In this document: positions 18,715 through 30,000 of the stretch, one piece after another | Position numbering within the stretch: the stretch's first letter is position 1 | Layout of the letters: every line of letters starts with the position of its first letter | Assembly (NCBI GenBank): GCA_965232515.1 | Contig: CBDDPY010000002.1 | Span: forward strand, 480,001 to 544,000 | From: Alphaproteobacteria bacterium | GTDB lineage: Bacteria > Pseudomonadota > Alphaproteobacteria > GCA-2731375 | Direction: 5' to 3' | Length of the DNA stretch: 64,000 bases | The notes under the pieces: model-generated | What the model was told of the DNA's origin: nothing | Databases searched by the model: none | Seen by the model: only the letters and a program-made list of their open reading frames with translations | Made by a program: the position numbers and the translations under genes

Positions 18715-19971
18715 ATGTCGCGCGGTAATTTTTTATTTACGCGATTTGAGCAACATCCCGAGCAAGAACAGAGCTTGTTTGATACGCGTATTTCGGGGGC
18801 GGGGGTGTCTCAACAGCTGCGTCAGTTAGTGCTGTCCGTATCGCCGCTTGCCAGCGATATGCGTTGCGTCGACGTCTATGACCGTTTTGCCGTGGACCCG
18901 GAAATGTTGACGGCGGCCGTCGTCGACGCGAACGACGTGCCGCTCGGCCTCGTCAACCGGCACGAATTCTTTCTGCAGCTTGCGCATCGCTATGGCCGGG
19001 CGCTCTATGACCGCAAGCCGATCACCACGCTGATGAATACCGAGCCGCTGATCGTCGATGTCGACGCCAGCCTCGAGAGTCTGAACGACCGGATCGTCAG
19101 CGACGCGCAGAGCGCGCTGCTGCGCGGCTTCATCGTTACCCAGGACGGCCGCTATCTCGGCGTCGGTACGGCGCTCTCGCTGATGCAGTTGAACGTGCGT
19201 CACATGCATGCCCGGGCCAGGGATCTGGAAGAAGCGCGCCGCAACGCCGAGCAGGCCAACACCGCCAAGTCGCAGTTCCTCGCCAGCATGAGCCACGAGC
19301 TACGCACGCCCCTGAACGCTATTCTGGGCTTTTCGGAGATCATCCGCGACGAGAGCCTGGGCCGGATCGGGATTCCGAAGTACCGCGAATATGCCGACGA
19401 CATTCATCAAAGCGGCCGGCACTTGCTGAATGTCGTGAACGATGTCCTCGACATGGCTAAGATCGAGGCCGGAAAGATCGAGCTGCAGGACCACCAGATC
19501 GACATCGGCGAGTCGATCGAACGCAGCATCAAGTTCGTCGCCACCCATGCCGCCACCGCCAACGTCGCGCTCGAGATGCGGGTGCCGGCCGGACTGCCGC
19601 TGGTTCGTGCCGACGAAGTGAAGCTGCGCCAGGTCCTGCTCAACCTGCTGTCGAATGCGGTGAAGTTCACCCCGAGCGGCGGCCGCATCCGCGTCGAAGC
19701 GTCGGCCGATTGGCGCCACGGCCTGACGATTATCGTCAGCGACAATGGGATCGGCATCGCGCCACGGGATATCCCCGGGGTGCTGCAGCCATTCGGTCAG
19801 GCCGACAGCGGCTTCGCCCGGAAATACAACGGCACCGGTCTCGGCCTGCCGCTGGCGCGCTCGATTGTCGAACTGCACGGCGGCGAGCTGTCGCTCGACA
19901 GCAAGGTCGGCGTCGGCACCACGGTGCGACTGCGTTTGCCCGCCGACCGCCTCAGCGCCGACGCCGCCTAG
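18715..19971 (+). CDS. Cytoplasmic sensor histidine kinase with N-terminal CBS-like domain
   Basis: FLASMSHELRTPLNAILGFS (H box), NLLSNAVKFT, DNGIGI, GTGLGL; N-terminus PLGLVNR...KPITTLMNTEPLIVD...GRYLGVG; start uncertain. Confidence 0.9.
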   Translation: MSRGNFLFTRFEQHPEQEQSLFDTRISGAGVSQQLRQLVLSVSPLASDMRCVDVYDRFAVDPEMLTAAVVDANDVPLGLVNRHEFFLQLAHRYGRALYDRKPITTLMNTEPLIVDVDASLESLNDRIVSDAQSALLRGFIVTQDGRYLGVGTALSLMQLNVRHMHARARDLEEARRNAEQANTAKSQFLASMSHELRTPLNAILGFSEIIRDESLGRIGIPKYREYADDIHQSGRHLLNVVNDVLDMAKIEAGKIELQDHQIDIGESIERSIKFVATHAATANVALEMRVPAGLPLVRADEVKLRQVLLNLLSNAVKFTPSGGRIRVEASADWRHGLTIIVSDNGIGIAPRDIPGVLQPFGQADSGFARKYNGTGLGLPLARSIVELHGGELSLDSKVGVGTTVRLRLPADRLSADAA

Positions 19972-19980
19972 TGCTTGTCC

Positions 19981-22077
19981 TCAGTCCTTGCCGAGGATCC
20001 CTTTCAGGCCCTTGGTGATGCCGTCGACGGCCTTCTCGGCATCCTTTTTCAGGTTCTCCGCCGCGCCGCCGATGTTGGAGGAATCGACCGGCGACTTCAG
20101 CGCGTCGGTGGGCGACGGGGCCGGCGCCTGCGCGCCGCCGCCTTCGCCCTTCGCCAGCTTCAGGCAGGGATTGTCGGAATTGCCCATTTCCGCCAGCCCG
20201 ACGACGGCCGCCGGCGGGAACAGGGTGGCACCCAGCAGTCCGCCGAGCTTGCGGGCCGCGGCCACCTCGTCCGGCGTAAAGCTGGGCTCGACGAACGTGC
20301 CGCCGATCTTGACCGGCACGGACACGTTCAGCGTGGCGCTCTTCGGCTGCGGCGAAACGACCAGGTTCAAGGCTTCCTCGCCCAGGTTCACGTCGCCTTC
20401 GCCGCTGACGATGGTGTACTCGGTGTTGATCAGCATGACCTGCGACTTGGCGACGCCGTTCTCGATCTTGAAGTCGCTCGCCATGCACTCGACCACGGTC
20501 CATTCGGACTTGCTGCCGAACACCGATCCCATCACCGAGCTCAGGCCGCCGACCAGCAGGTCGAAGGCCTCGGTCCGGGCCCGGCCCTCGTTCATCAGCA
20601 CGCGGCTGTGGCCGTTCAGGCTGCCCATGATCGCCGCCACCGAGTTGCCGCTGCCCTGAAGGTCGACGTCCAGGCTGGCGCTGCCTTCCAACAGGTCGGT
20701 GACGCCGGCCTCGGTGATCAGCTTGCCGAGATCGAGCGACTCCGACTTCAGCCTCACGTCCAAGGCCGCGGCGTCGGCCTGCCGCGCCAGCGAGACCATG
20801 CCGTCGATCTTGCTGTCGGCGACCGTCGCGGTCAGCGGCTCGACCTGCAATCGGCCGTCCTTCAGCGCCACCTTCACCACCGTGTCGCGCACGGTCAGCG
20901 TCGGCGTCACCAGTTCGGCGATCGTCACGTCGATGTCGGCGTCGGCGGCCGACAGGCCGTCCAGCGGCAGCGGATCGGACGGGAACACCTTGCCGGTAAC
21001 CGCGGTGCCGCCGCCGCTGTCGGCCCCGGTGCCGCCGCCGCCCGCGGCCTCGGCGCCGCCGGCCGGCTGCAGCTCGACCAGGTCGACCTTGTTCGAGGCC
21101 AGCTTGGCCGTAACGCTCGGCCGCTCGCCCGCCATGCGCAGGGCCACGTTGCCGGCAAGATCGGTGTTGCCGAAGTTGAACTGGATGTCATTGACATCGA
21201 GCGCGTCGGGCGCGCCGACGATCTTCGCCGTCAGTTCCAGCGGCCCCGCCGTCGGCAGGCCGTCGCCGGCGAAGGCCTTCAGGCCGGACAAATTGCGCGC
21301 GTTCACCGACAAGGCCAGATCCAGGCCGCTCGGCGCCTGCGGATCGGCGATCCCGCCATTCAGCGCCACTTGAATGCCGAACGCGTCGGCCTTGATGTCG
21401 ACGGGGAAGGGGCCGCCGCCCGTTGCCGCGGCGATCGAGCCGACCTGGCCCTCGACGATCAGCGGATCATCGCCCCAATTGCCCTCGACCTCGATGACCA
21501 TGGGGTCGTCGGCGCTTTCCGAGGCGACGCGGGCGCGCACCAGCGCAGCGTCGATGCGCTCGCCGCTACGCGCGTCGGTCATGCTCAGCGTCACGTTGTC
21601 GATCGACAGATCGCCGAGATGCGCGGCGATGCCGCCGCCGCCGCCAGTGTCGCCGCTGTCACTTTCGCTTGGCGCGGTGCTGTCGGCGGCGCCGGCGAAG
21701 TCCCAGTTGTTGCGGCCTTCGGCATCGGTCTCCAGCGCGATGGTGGCGTCGGCAAGTTCCAGCCTCGGCACCGAGACCTCGCCGCCCAGCAGCGGCAGCA
21801 GCTCGACGTCGACCGCGAACTTTCCGATTTGCGCCAATGCCGGGGCCTCGCCCCATTCGGCGTTGGCGAAACGGATGCCCTCCGCGCTCACCGACGTCGT
21901 CAGGCCGAACCGCAGATCGAAATTACCGTCAATGGTCAGATCTCGGCCGGTCGCGTCTTTGACGGCCTGGGTGATCTGCTGCTTGTAGGTGTCGGCGGGG
22001 ATCAGGAACGGTACGGCGACGACAACAACGATCAAAACGAGCACGAGAACGGCGAAGCCGATCAGGATGCGTTTCAT
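19981..22077 (-). CDS. AsmA family protein
   Basis: N-terminal TM anchor, ATGRDLTIDG, VELLPLLGG, GRNNWDF, C-terminal VPVKIGGT. Confidence 0.85.
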   Translation of the reverse strand: MKRILIGFAVLVLVLIVVVVAVPFLIPADTYKQQITQAVKDATGRDLTIDGNFDLRFGLTTSVSAEGIRFANAEWGEAPALAQIGKFAVDVELLPLLGGEVSVPRLELADATIALETDAEGRNNWDFAGAADSTAPSESDSGDTGGGGGIAAHLGDLSIDNVTLSMTDARSGERIDAALVRARVASESADDPMVIEVEGNWGDDPLIVEGQVGSIAAATGGGPFPVDIKADAFGIQVALNGGIADPQAPSGLDLALSVNARNLSGLKAFAGDGLPTAGPLELTAKIVGAPDALDVNDIQFNFGNTDLAGNVALRMAGERPSVTAKLASNKVDLVELQPAGGAEAAGGGGTGADSGGGTAVTGKVFPSDPLPLDGLSAADADIDVTIAELVTPTLTVRDTVVKVALKDGRLQVEPLTATVADSKIDGMVSLARQADAAALDVRLKSESLDLGKLITEAGVTDLLEGSASLDVDLQGSGNSVAAIMGSLNGHSRVLMNEGRARTEAFDLLVGGLSSVMGSVFGSKSEWTVVECMASDFKIENGVAKSQVMLINTEYTIVSGEGDVNLGEEALNLVVSPQPKSATLNVSVPVKIGGTFVEPSFTPDEVAAARKLGGLLGATLFPPAAVVGLAEMGNSDNPCLKLAKGEGGGAQAPAPSPTDALKSPVDSSNIGGAAENLKKDAEKAVDGITKGLKGILGKD

Positions 22078-22263
22078 GTCACTCTCCAACGCAGGCGGCG
22101 CCGCCCCCCGTTGCCCGGTTCGCCGCGGTGTCTTTCCCTCTATATGCAACTTAGTCCAGCCAGGGCTTCGGGCCTAGTGCCGTTTCCCCAATCGGTCGCT
22201 AGGCCATTTTCTGCTAAACTCACCCGGATTGGCCGAGCGCCGCCCCGGAAGAGGTGTCAAAGC

Positions 22264-23229
22264 ATGAGCCGTGGTCAGAAATTCGCAGCAGCCGGCGTCA
22301 TTCCGGCAACCCTGTTGGCGTTCGACGACGACTTCGGCATCGACGAGGCATCGAGCCGCCGGCACCTGCGCGATACCGCCGAGGTCGCTGGAATCGGCGC
22401 GATCACCGTCAACGGCCACGCATCAGAGGTGCATGCCTGCAGCTTCGACGAGCAGCGGCGCATTCTCGACTTCTCGCTCGACGAGGTCGGCGATCGCCTG
22501 CCGCTGGTGAACGGCGTCTATGCCGACGGCAGTCTGCATGCGGCCGAGATCGCCCGCATGTCGGAGGCCGCCGGCGCTTCGGCCCTGCTGGTGTTCCCGC
22601 CCAACAGCATGTCGATGGGCGGCCAGCTCCGACCCGAGATGGCAATGGCGCATTTCAAGACCATCGCGGACGCGACCGATCTGCCGATCATCCTGTTCCA
22701 GTACCCGATGGCGACCAATCTCGGCTATCCGTTCGAGACGCTGCTGCGCCTCGTCGACGAGGTGCCGTCGATCGTCGCCATCAAGGACTGGTGCAACGAC
22801 GCCATGCTGCACGAGCGTCACATCCGCACGTTGCAGGCTCTGCCGCGCCCGGTCTCGGTGCTGACCACGCACAGCGCCTGGCTGATGGCCTCGCTCAGCA
22901 TGGGCGCGGCCGGGCTCCTCTCCGGCGCCGGCAGCGTCATCGCCGATCTGCAAGTCGCCCTGTTCCAGGCCATTCAGCGGTCCGATCTGGCGGCGGCCCG
23001 GGCGGTCAACGACCGGATCTATCCGCTGTCCCAGGCCTTCTATTCGCCGCCGTTCCTCGACATGCATAACCGCATGAAGGAATGCCTCGTGCTGCTGGGC
23101 CGGCTGCCCAAGGCCGTGGTTCGTCCGCCGTTGATGAAGCTGTCCGCGGCCGAGATTGACCGGCTGAGGGCGGCACTGGCCGCCGCGGGCGTCGAACCGG
23201 CCGGCGCCGCGCGCCATGCGGCCGAGTAG
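22264..23229 (+). CDS. Dihydrodipicolinate synthase (DapA/NanA) family aldolase
   Basis: GVIPATL, NGHASE, LPIILFQYP, IVAIKDW, VRPPL. Confidence 0.88.
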   Translation: MSRGQKFAAAGVIPATLLAFDDDFGIDEASSRRHLRDTAEVAGIGAITVNGHASEVHACSFDEQRRILDFSLDEVGDRLPLVNGVYADGSLHAAEIARMSEAAGASALLVFPPNSMSMGGQLRPEMAMAHFKTIADATDLPIILFQYPMATNLGYPFETLLRLVDEVPSIVAIKDWCNDAMLHERHIRTLQALPRPVSVLTTHSAWLMASLSMGAAGLLSGAGSVIADLQVALFQAIQRSDLAAARAVNDRIYPLSQAFYSPPFLDMHNRMKECLVLLGRLPKAVVRPPLMKLSAAEIDRLRAALAAAGVEPAGAARHAAE

Positions 23230-23398
23230 CTTGCCCGACTAATCCCAAGCTGGTACAAATGGTTAGCGCCGTTCGCTGAATATTAACCTTAACAAGCGTC
23301 GGTGGGTCTGAAGTGCGTCGATCTGGGACAGATACGGTTGGCATGCCGCTTGCTCCTATCGGTTCGACGGCTCGAGGAGCAGGGATTAGGCCTTTGTT

Positions 23399-23743
23399 AT
23401 GAAACAGAATTCGACCGAATCCACCGTGTTTTCGTGGGTCTTGCGGCTGGGCCTGCCGATGGTGTTGCTGTTGGGCGGCATCATGCTGGCCAGCGGCCTG
23501 GCGTTGGCCGACAGCCGCACGACGATGGCTGGATTTGCCACCTGTCCGGTTGCCGACGGCGCGGCCGATCGCTGCCGCGCCAACGACGGCGATGGCGTGA
23601 TGCTGCGGCGGCAGTCGGGACAGCTTTGGATCGGCCCTTACCAGATCGCGCCGGTGCGTTCCGCCGACGGCTTCTTTTTCCCTTATCTGCGAGACGCCGT
23701 TCTTGACGAAGCCTCGACGACGACACGCACGCGATCGATCTGA
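23399..23743 (+). CDS. Small secreted hypothetical protein
   Basis: Signal peptide-like N-terminus ending ALA; two Cys. Confidence 0.45.
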   Translation: MKQNSTESTVFSWVLRLGLPMVLLLGGIMLASGLALADSRTTMAGFATCPVADGAADRCRANDGDGVMLRRQSGQLWIGPYQIAPVRSADGFFFPYLRDAVLDEASTTTRTRSI

Positions 23744-23887
23744 CCGGTTTTAGCAGCACCTATCCAAGCTCGAGCCGGCGGCGACGCCGGCTTTTCTTTT
23801 GGCCGTCCGACGCAATATGCCGGTCCCCGATCATGCTCTAATATCTCGGCAGCGGGTTGTCGGATCCGCATAACAGGGGAGGGTGGC

Positions 23888-24922
23888 ATGACGACATTTC
23901 GCGTCGGCATCAGCGCCGATTTCGAGAGCGACGGCGTCGCGACGTTTCCGAGCTACGATATTTCCGCGCTGCGGAATGCTGCCGGTGTGGACGTTTCGGT
24001 GCTGCCGGCGGAATCGCCGCTGCGGCCCGAGACCATTGCCGATCTCGACGCGGTGATCCTGCTCGGCGAACAGCTCCGGACATCGAGCCTCACGTCCGGC
24101 TGCCGCCTGGCGCATGTCGCCCGCGTTGGTGTTGGCTACGACACGGTCGACGTGCCGGCCTGCACCGACCATGACGTCGTCCTGACGATCTGCCCCGACG
24201 GCGTGCGCCGGCCCATGGCCATCGCCATCGTCACGCTGTTGCTGGCCTTGAGCGGCAACCTGCTGGCCAAGGACCGGGTTGCGCGCAAGGGCGCGCCCGG
24301 TTGGGACGAGCGCATGGGCTATCACGGCACCGGGCTGATCGGCCGCACGCTCGGTTCCGTCGGCATCGGCAATATCGGCGCCGAGATGTTCCGCATGGCC
24401 CGGCCGTTCGAGATGCGCTACATCGCGCACGATCCTTACGCCGATGCCGCCGTCGCGGCCGAACTCGGCGTCGAGCTGGTCGGGCTCGATGACGTCTTCG
24501 CGCAGTCCGATTTCCTTGCCTTCAACTGCCCGCTGACCGACGAGACCCGCGGCATCGGTTCCGCCGCCGGCATCGCCCGAATGAAGCCGACGGCCTACCT
24601 GATCAATACCAGCCGCGGGCCGGTGGTCGACCGCGACGCGCTCTACGAAGCGCTCGCCAGCGGGCGCATCGCCGGCGCCGGCCTCGATGTCTTCGATCCC
24701 GAGCCGCCCATGGCCGACGATCCGTTGCTGACCCTCGACAACGTCGTTTTGGCGCCGCATTCGCTCGGCTGGACCGATCAGATGTTCACCGAGTTCGGCC
24801 GTCTCAACGCCGAGGCCGTGCTCGACGTCGCAAGCGGCCGTGCGCCCAGGAACGTCGTCAACAAAGATGTGCTCGACCGTCCCGGTTTTCAGGCCAAGCT
24901 CGCGGCCTTCTCGGGCCGCTAG
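23888..24922 (+). CDS. D-isomer-specific 2-hydroxyacid dehydrogenase
   Basis: GVGYD, GIGNIG, INTSRGPVVD, GLDVFDPEP, LAPHSLG. Confidence 0.92.
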   Translation: MTTFRVGISADFESDGVATFPSYDISALRNAAGVDVSVLPAESPLRPETIADLDAVILLGEQLRTSSLTSGCRLAHVARVGVGYDTVDVPACTDHDVVLTICPDGVRRPMAIAIVTLLLALSGNLLAKDRVARKGAPGWDERMGYHGTGLIGRTLGSVGIGNIGAEMFRMARPFEMRYIAHDPYADAAVAAELGVELVGLDDVFAQSDFLAFNCPLTDETRGIGSAAGIARMKPTAYLINTSRGPVVDRDALYEALASGRIAGAGLDVFDPEPPMADDPLLTLDNVVLAPHSLGWTDQMFTEFGRLNAEAVLDVASGRAPRNVVNKDVLDRPGFQAKLAAFSGR

Positions 24923-25812
24923 TCCTCGCGCGGGTCAATAACCCTCGCGAGCGCCGGGAAGTAGCGGTCGCCGTCTCCGTTGGCGATGGTCTCCTCCAGC
25001 AGCTTACGGGCGACATCGGCGCCGCGCAGCGCCAGGCCGATATCGTCGGCGAGGCCGAGCGCGTAGCTCAGGTCCTTCAGCGCGTAGCGGGCCGGGAAGG
25101 CGCGTTCCGGGAATTCGCCCGGCAGCATCGCCTTCATGCCGTGGTTGCGCAGCGCGAAGCTGTCGGCCGAGCCCTTCGACAGCGTGTCGAACAGCACCTT
25201 GCCGTCGACGCCGGCCCGGCGGCCGACGGCCAGCGCTTCCGCTAGCGCGACGACGGTCTGGAACAGCACCATGTTGTTCATCTGCTTGACCACCTGGCCG
25301 GCGCCGGTCTCGCCGCAGAGCGTGATCTCGCTGGCGAAGCAAGCGAGATAAGGTTCCAGGCGGGCGAACAGCCCGGCATCGGCGCCCACCATCACGCTCA
25401 AGGTGCCGGCTTCGGCGGCGGCGCGCGTACGCGCCACCGGCGCATCGGCAAAGGCGACACTGATCTTGGCATAGCGCAGCGCCACCTCGCGGCTCAGTTC
25501 GACCGGCGTCGTGCCGGTGTCGACCACGATCTGCCCGGGCTCCAGCGCCTCCATCAGGCCGTCCTCGTCGTCCAGGCAGACGCAACGCACGGCGTCGCCG
25601 TCCGGCAGCGACAGGAAGATCAGATCGGCGGCCTGCGCGACCTCGGCCGGACAGTCCTTCTGTTTGACGCCGGCCGCGGCCAGCCGTTCCAGCGGCGCCG
25701 GGTCCGGGTCGAAGGCCACCATCGGCAGCCCGCTCTTGGTGGCCAGGTTGCGGCAGATCGGCTCGCCCATGACGCCGAGGCCGATAAAGCCGAGGCTACT
25801 GACGTCGCGCAT
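24919..25812 (-). CDS. NAD(P)-dependent beta-hydroxyacid dehydrogenase (3-hydroxyisobutyrate DH family)
   Basis: GFIGLGVMG, DAPVA, GTLSVMVG, GAGQVVKQMNN, LKDL. Confidence 0.9.
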   Translation of the reverse strand: MRDVSSLGFIGLGVMGEPICRNLATKSGLPMVAFDPDPAPLERLAAAGVKQKDCPAEVAQAADLIFLSLPDGDAVRCVCLDDEDGLMEALEPGQIVVDTGTTPVELSREVALRYAKISVAFADAPVARTRAAAEAGTLSVMVGADAGLFARLEPYLACFASEITLCGETGAGQVVKQMNNMVLFQTVVALAEALAVGRRAGVDGKVLFDTLSKGSADSFALRNHGMKAMLPGEFPERAFPARYALKDLSYALGLADDIGLALRGADVARKLLEETIANGDGDRYFPALARVIDPRED

Positions 25813-26650
25813 GTATCTTCTCCAGCACAGGCAGGATGTGGTTGCGGAACCGCGCCGGGTTCTCCGACATCGGGAAATGGCCAAGCGCCGGCATGATCTC
25901 GGCCTCGGCGCCGGCGATCTTGCCGGCCGTCCGAACCGTGTCTTCCGGCGTGCATGAGAAATCGTATTCGCCGGTCAGCAGGTAGACCGGGCATTTGCCG
26001 GCATCGATATCGGCGACCCGGTCGCGGAAATCGGAATCGGCGCGATAGAAATGGAGATCGCCCTTGAACACCCCCGGACCGCTCTGCATGTAGGCCCACA
26101 GCGTTTCCCAACGGAACTCGTCCGGGCTTTGCGGCGCGACAAGGCCGGAGATCAGCGCCGCGCAGACCTCGCCGCCATGCACGTCGGGCCGGTGCAGCCA
26201 GGTCGTGTCGTACCAGGGCTGCTGGTGATCCGAGCCTTCGAGGCCGATCACCGCGCCCAGTTCGTCGGCGAACGCGCCCGCCAGATGCAGCACGATCCGC
26301 CCGCCCATGGAGCAGCCCATGACGACGGGTTGCGCCAAATCCAGGGCCCGGCAGAACGCCATCACCGTTTCGGCATAAAGGTCGGTCGTCAGGGCATATT
26401 CCTCATCCTGCCAGCCCGGCGGCGGGGCCGATTTGCCGTGCCAGGGCAGGTCGAAGGCGATCACCCGAAACCGCTCGGTCACGACTTCGTCCAGCATCAG
26501 GTGCCGGAATTGCTGGCCATGCGCGCCGGCGGTGTGCAGGCAGACCAGCGGCATGCCGTCACCCGCTTCCTCGAAATAGATCCGGTTCGGACGGCCGGCG
26601 ATCTTCAGCGTCAGATATCGCCCGACGATGGGCTCCAGCTCGGCCGGCAT
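25796..26650 (-). CDS. Alpha/beta hydrolase
   Basis: LHTAG, FDLPWHGKS, GCSMGG, GEYD, GHFPMSENP. Confidence 0.88.
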   Translation of the reverse strand: MPAELEPIVGRYLTLKIAGRPNRIYFEEAGDGMPLVCLHTAGAHGQQFRHLMLDEVVTERFRVIAFDLPWHGKSAPPPGWQDEEYALTTDLYAETVMAFCRALDLAQPVVMGCSMGGRIVLHLAGAFADELGAVIGLEGSDHQQPWYDTTWLHRPDVHGGEVCAALISGLVAPQSPDEFRWETLWAYMQSGPGVFKGDLHFYRADSDFRDRVADIDAGKCPVYLLTGEYDFSCTPEDTVRTAGKIAGAEAEIMPALGHFPMSENPARFRNHILPVLEKIHARRQ

Positions 26651-26651
26651 G

Positions 26652-27032
26652 TCAGCCGCCGCCCGCCAGGCGGCGCGGCGCCGCCAGCACGTCCTTGACA
26701 TAGCGCAGGTTCGCCATCAGCGGCTGCAGCGATCCGTCGATACGGGCGACGCCGATCTTCGTCATGGCGAAGATGTCGTGATAGCCGGGCGCCGGCATCG
26801 GTTGCCAGAAGGACTGCCAAGCGTCTTCCGGCGCCCGCACGGCGAAGGTCCACGGCCGCATCAGCACCGGCCCGCGCGTGACCTCGTCGATGCGGCCCGC
26901 GCGGATCGCCACATGCCAGGGCTGGTCGCCGACCTCGATCAGGATGTCGTCGGAAAAGAACCGCCCCCGTCGTACCAGGGCGGCGTCGCCATTCACCAGC
27001 TCCGGCAGCCGCTCGATCAACAAACTCTCCAA
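26652..27032 (-). CDS. Hypothetical protein (possible SCP2-like fold)
   Basis: Co-oriented and abutting the hydrolase; IDGSLQPLMANL C-terminus. Confidence 0.65.
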   Translation of the reverse strand: MESLLIERLPELVNGDAALVRRGRFFSDDILIEVGDQPWHVAIRAGRIDEVTRGPVLMRPWTFAVRAPEDAWQSFWQPMPAPGYHDIFAMTKIGVARIDGSLQPLMANLRYVKDVLAAPRRLAGGG

Positions 27033-27096
27033 CGCGATCAGGGGTGAACGTTGCGCCGAGTCTAGGGCGGCGGCGCGAAGCCTGTCAAAACGGTCG

Positions 27097-30000
27097 CTAG
27101 CCGGCGAGCTTGTTCAGCGCGGCCTCGGTGCGGGGCAGCCAATAGGTCATGCCCAGGTCTTGATACAGCGCGGCCGTGGCCCGCAGCGCCGCGACGGCTT
27201 CGTCATGGCGGCCGATCGTCGCGTAAAGCTCGCCCAACGAGAGCTGGCCGTGCGCCTGATGCGGCCGCAGGCCCTGCGACGCGGCGCCCGCGATGGCGGC
27301 CAGATAATGCTGTTCGGCCTGCTCTGGGTCGGTTTCGGCAACCAGATCGCCCTGCAGGCGAAGGGCCCAGATCTGGCCCTCGCGCTCCTCCTGCGCTTCG
27401 GCGAGTTCCAGGCCGCGCCGCGTCATCTCGGCCGCTTCGTCGCGGCGGCCGGCGATCAGCGCGGCTTCCGCGAACCAGAAATAGGGGCGGGCATAGTGCA
27501 CCGACCGCTCCCAGACCGCCGGATCGATCGACCGGTTCAACAGCGCGAAGCCCTCGTCCTGCCGGCCCTCCACCACATAGACATAGCCCAGCGCCGACAG
27601 GATCACCGGCGCCAAAGTGTAAAGCTCGTAGAGATCGCCGATCTCGGTCGCCCGTTCCAGGTGCTTCGCCGCCAGGTCAAACCGGCCCTGCCGGGCATAG
27701 GCGTGCCCCAGTCCGCGGGTCAGCACATAGAGGCTGTAATGGTCCTCCGCGTCCTCGGCTGTCGACAGACCCAGCGTTTCGTAGGTCTCGACCTCGTCGA
27801 AATTGCCGAGCTCGGCGATCGACGAGATCAGCACCGAACAGGAAAACACGAACGGCAGGCCGCCCAGCGCGAACTTGCGCTCCGATGAATTGGCCTGCAT
27901 GTCGGCGATGGCGCGCTTCAGCCAGGTCGCGGCGGCGGTGAAATCGCCCATGCCGTAATAGGTCTGACCCAGGCGATAGGCCGCGAGGTAGCCGAGTTCG
28001 GTATCGCCGACCTGCTCGGCGATATCGCGGGCCTGATGGATGACGGTTTCGGCGTCGCCATAGTCGCCCTGCCGCCAGTAGGTCGCGCCCAGATGCAACA
28101 GCGCCCAGCCGATCCGGTCGTCGTCGCCGATGCGCCGCGCCAGTTCCTCGGCCCGCCACAGATGCTCGGTCGTGGTCTCGTGGTCGCCGACCACGAACAA
28201 CGCGTTGCGCAGCTGAAATCTGAGATCGATGTCCTGCGCGATGGTTTCGTCGGTTTCCGGCAGGTGATGCAGCGCGTCGAGCGCCCGCTCGAAATCCGCC
28301 ACCGCGGCGCGCAGGGCGGCGCGGCGCAGCGCCTTGTTGCCGGAGTCGCGGCAATAGGCCACCGCCTTCGGCCAGTCCTCGGCCGTCAGCGCATGGTGCG
28401 CCAGACGCTCGACATGCTCGTCCAGACGGCCGGCATAGCGTTCCTCGATCGTGTCCACCGTGCATGTATGCAGCGACCGGCGGCGCTCGCGCAGCACGCT
28501 GGCATACGCCACCTCCTGCGTCAGCGCGTGCTTGAAGGTGTATTCCGCTTCCGGAATCAGCCGGGTTTGCTGCAGGAACTCGGCCGCCCGAAGCTGCGAC
28601 AGGGCTTCGTGCAAGGCGTCGTCGTCCAGGTTCGCCATCGGCTGTAGCAGGGCCATGGGCACGTCCTTGCCGATCACCGAGGCCACCTGCAACAGGTTCT
28701 TCGCGTCCGGCGCCAGCCGGTCGATGCGCGCCGCCAGCACCTCCTGCACGCTTGTCGGGATCTCGAACTGGTCCAGCGGCTTCGCCGGCAGGAAGGCGCC
28801 GCGCGCGCCGGTGATCACGCCGGTTTCGATCAGCGCGCGTACGGTTTCCTCGAGGAACAGCGGCGTCCCGCCCGTGCGTTCGTACAGAAGTCGCCGCGCG
28901 TGCGCCAAATCCGGACTGTCGCCCAGCAAGTGCCGCAGCAGCTCGGCCGCCGTGTCGTCTTCCAGCGGATCGGCGCGGATCAGCCGGAAATAGCTGCGGC
29001 TGGCCCAGTCATGCGCGTATTCCGGCCGGTAGGTCACCAGCAGCAGCATCGGCACGGCGGCGATGCCGTCGACCAGGGCGTCGAGGAAGCCCTGGGTCTC
29101 GCTGTCGATCCAGTGCAGATCCTCGACCACCAGGATCAGCGGCTGCTGCTGGCTCAGCCGCGCCAGCAGGGCGATCAGCGCGTCCAGCGTCCGCCGCCGG
29201 CGCTGCGGCGCGCCCAACGCCTGCCACTCGACGTCGTCCACCGGCAGGTCCAGCAGCGCGAACAACGGCGGCAGCACCGACAGCATCTCGATGCCGAGGC
29301 TCGAAACCTTGGACTGCACCTTGCGCACGATATCGGCCTGGCTGTCGCTTTCCCTCACCGCAACCCAGCTACGCAGCATGTCGCTGACCGGCAGATAGGT
29401 CGCTTCGCGGTTATGCGCCGCGCCGCCAGTCTCCAACACGGCCCAGCCCGCGTTTTCGGCCGCGCGGACGAATTCATGCGCCATCCGGGTTTTGCCCATG
29501 CCGGGCTCGCCGATCAGTGCGATCACCTCGCCCTGGCCGCGGCTCGCGCGCTCCAGCGCCCGGTTCATCTTCTCCATCTCGACCTGGCGGCCGACGAAGG
29601 GCGTCAGGCCGCGGGTGGCGCGGGCTTCCCAGCGCGAGCGCGCCGAGGTGCTGCCGCGCAGCTCGAACAGGTCGACCGGTTCGCGCACGCCGCGCAGCCG
29701 CATGGCGCCCAGCGCTTCCGCCAGGATAAAGCCCTCGGCCCGCTGCAGCGTCGCCATGGTCAACCCAATGCGGTCGGACTCCATGCTCTCCTCGACCCGG
29801 CTGGCGAGATGCACGACCGGGCCCACGGCGTCGTAGCGCGCGCCGGCGCTGCCGCCAAGCGGCCGCACGACGACCTCGCCCGAATGCAGGCCGACGCGGA
29901 TCGCCAGCTCGCCGCCCGACAACGCGTTCACCGCCTCCTGCATCGCGAGCGCCGCATAGCAGGCACGGACCGCGTGGTCCTCGTGCGCGATCGGCGCGCC

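Noticed and set aside
19975-23229. 1084-aa ORF
   Set aside because: Antisense shadow of the AsmA gene running in frame into the real DapA-family gene at 22264.
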